Source of the DNA: Callorhinchus milii
Taxonomy: Eukaryota
Length of the DNA: 64,000 bases
Direction: 5' to 3'
Assembly (NCBI RefSeq): GCF_018977255.1
Contig: NW_024704743.1
Span: forward strand, 98,582,001 to 98,646,000
Part shown: piece after piece, positions 63,521-64,000 of the stretch
Layout of the letters: every line of letters begins with the position of its first letter
Position numbering within the stretch: the stretch's first letter is position 1
Position numbers and translations under genes: made by a program
The notes under the pieces: generated by a model
What the model was told of the DNA's origin: nothing
The model's input: the letters and a program-made list of their open reading frames with translations, nothing else
Databases searched by the model: none

Positions 63521-64000
63521 TGGGTCAGTCAGTGTGGGTGCTGCTGGACACCCAACGCCGAGTGCCACAGTGAGACCAACGGAGGATTTCCAGGCTAAAG
63601 CAGAGGGAGACTGTGGGACGGTCAAATAGGGATAGGAGGGAAGGAGGACGGAGAGAGAGGACAGAGTGGGAGAGTTGCAGGGCAGGGAGCATTTTAGGGG
63701 AAAAGTAGCTCGGGTCGGGGACAGCAGCCAAGATGCGCACGCCAAGACTTGTGCCAGGCGGTTAGTGGGGCATGGACAGCCCACAGGCATGGAGACAGTG
63801 GGGGCTAAAGGCGGCACAGAGGGGGGAGAGGAGGCAGGGGATTCATTGTGTTATCAACCAGATATATACATATATATATCCACTCACGCTCAGTCTTTTT
63901 AGAGCATTTTGAGATGTTCTCCCAACATGAAAGGCACTATATAAGTGTAAATTTGTGTCATTGTGTACAGTAATAGAATTCCCAAGTTCTAATCTCCAAT

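Noticed and set aside
1..64000. CRISPR arrays, operons or other prokaryotic systems
   Set aside because: There is no regularly spaced repeat-spacer structure or gene-dense organisation; the content is vertebrate retroelement-rich DNA.

Overview
Eukaryotic, AT-rich, repeat-dense genomic DNA with no confidently identifiable host gene, probably intronic or intergenic. The repeat set suggests a cartilaginous fish (shark or chimaera); this is an inference. It includes L2 LINEs with (GTT)n tails, CR1 LINEs with ATTCTATGA-type tails, Deu-domain SINEs, a tRNA-Ala-headed SINE that shares its tail with L2, and a Penelope-like element. Nearly all long ORFs are broken L2 or CR1 ORF2 pieces. The most notable observations are: (1) a ~1 kb insertion inside an old CR1 (~29855-30853) that begins with a degenerate, full-length U2 snRNA homologue, continues through a hairpin-rich body, and ends in an unclassified repeat with coding-like conservation found in two more copies in the window; this is a candidate snRNA-headed mobile element; (2) a Penelope-like insertion with a 14-bp target-site duplication and a minimal hammerhead ribozyme; (3) an apparently identical 280-bp non-repeat segment copied 3 kb downstream into an L2; (4) two inverted duplications; (5) an internally deleted CR1 lineage; (6) several nested insertions that give relative ages. 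Repeat boundaries were read by eye and are approximate unless a junction is quoted.
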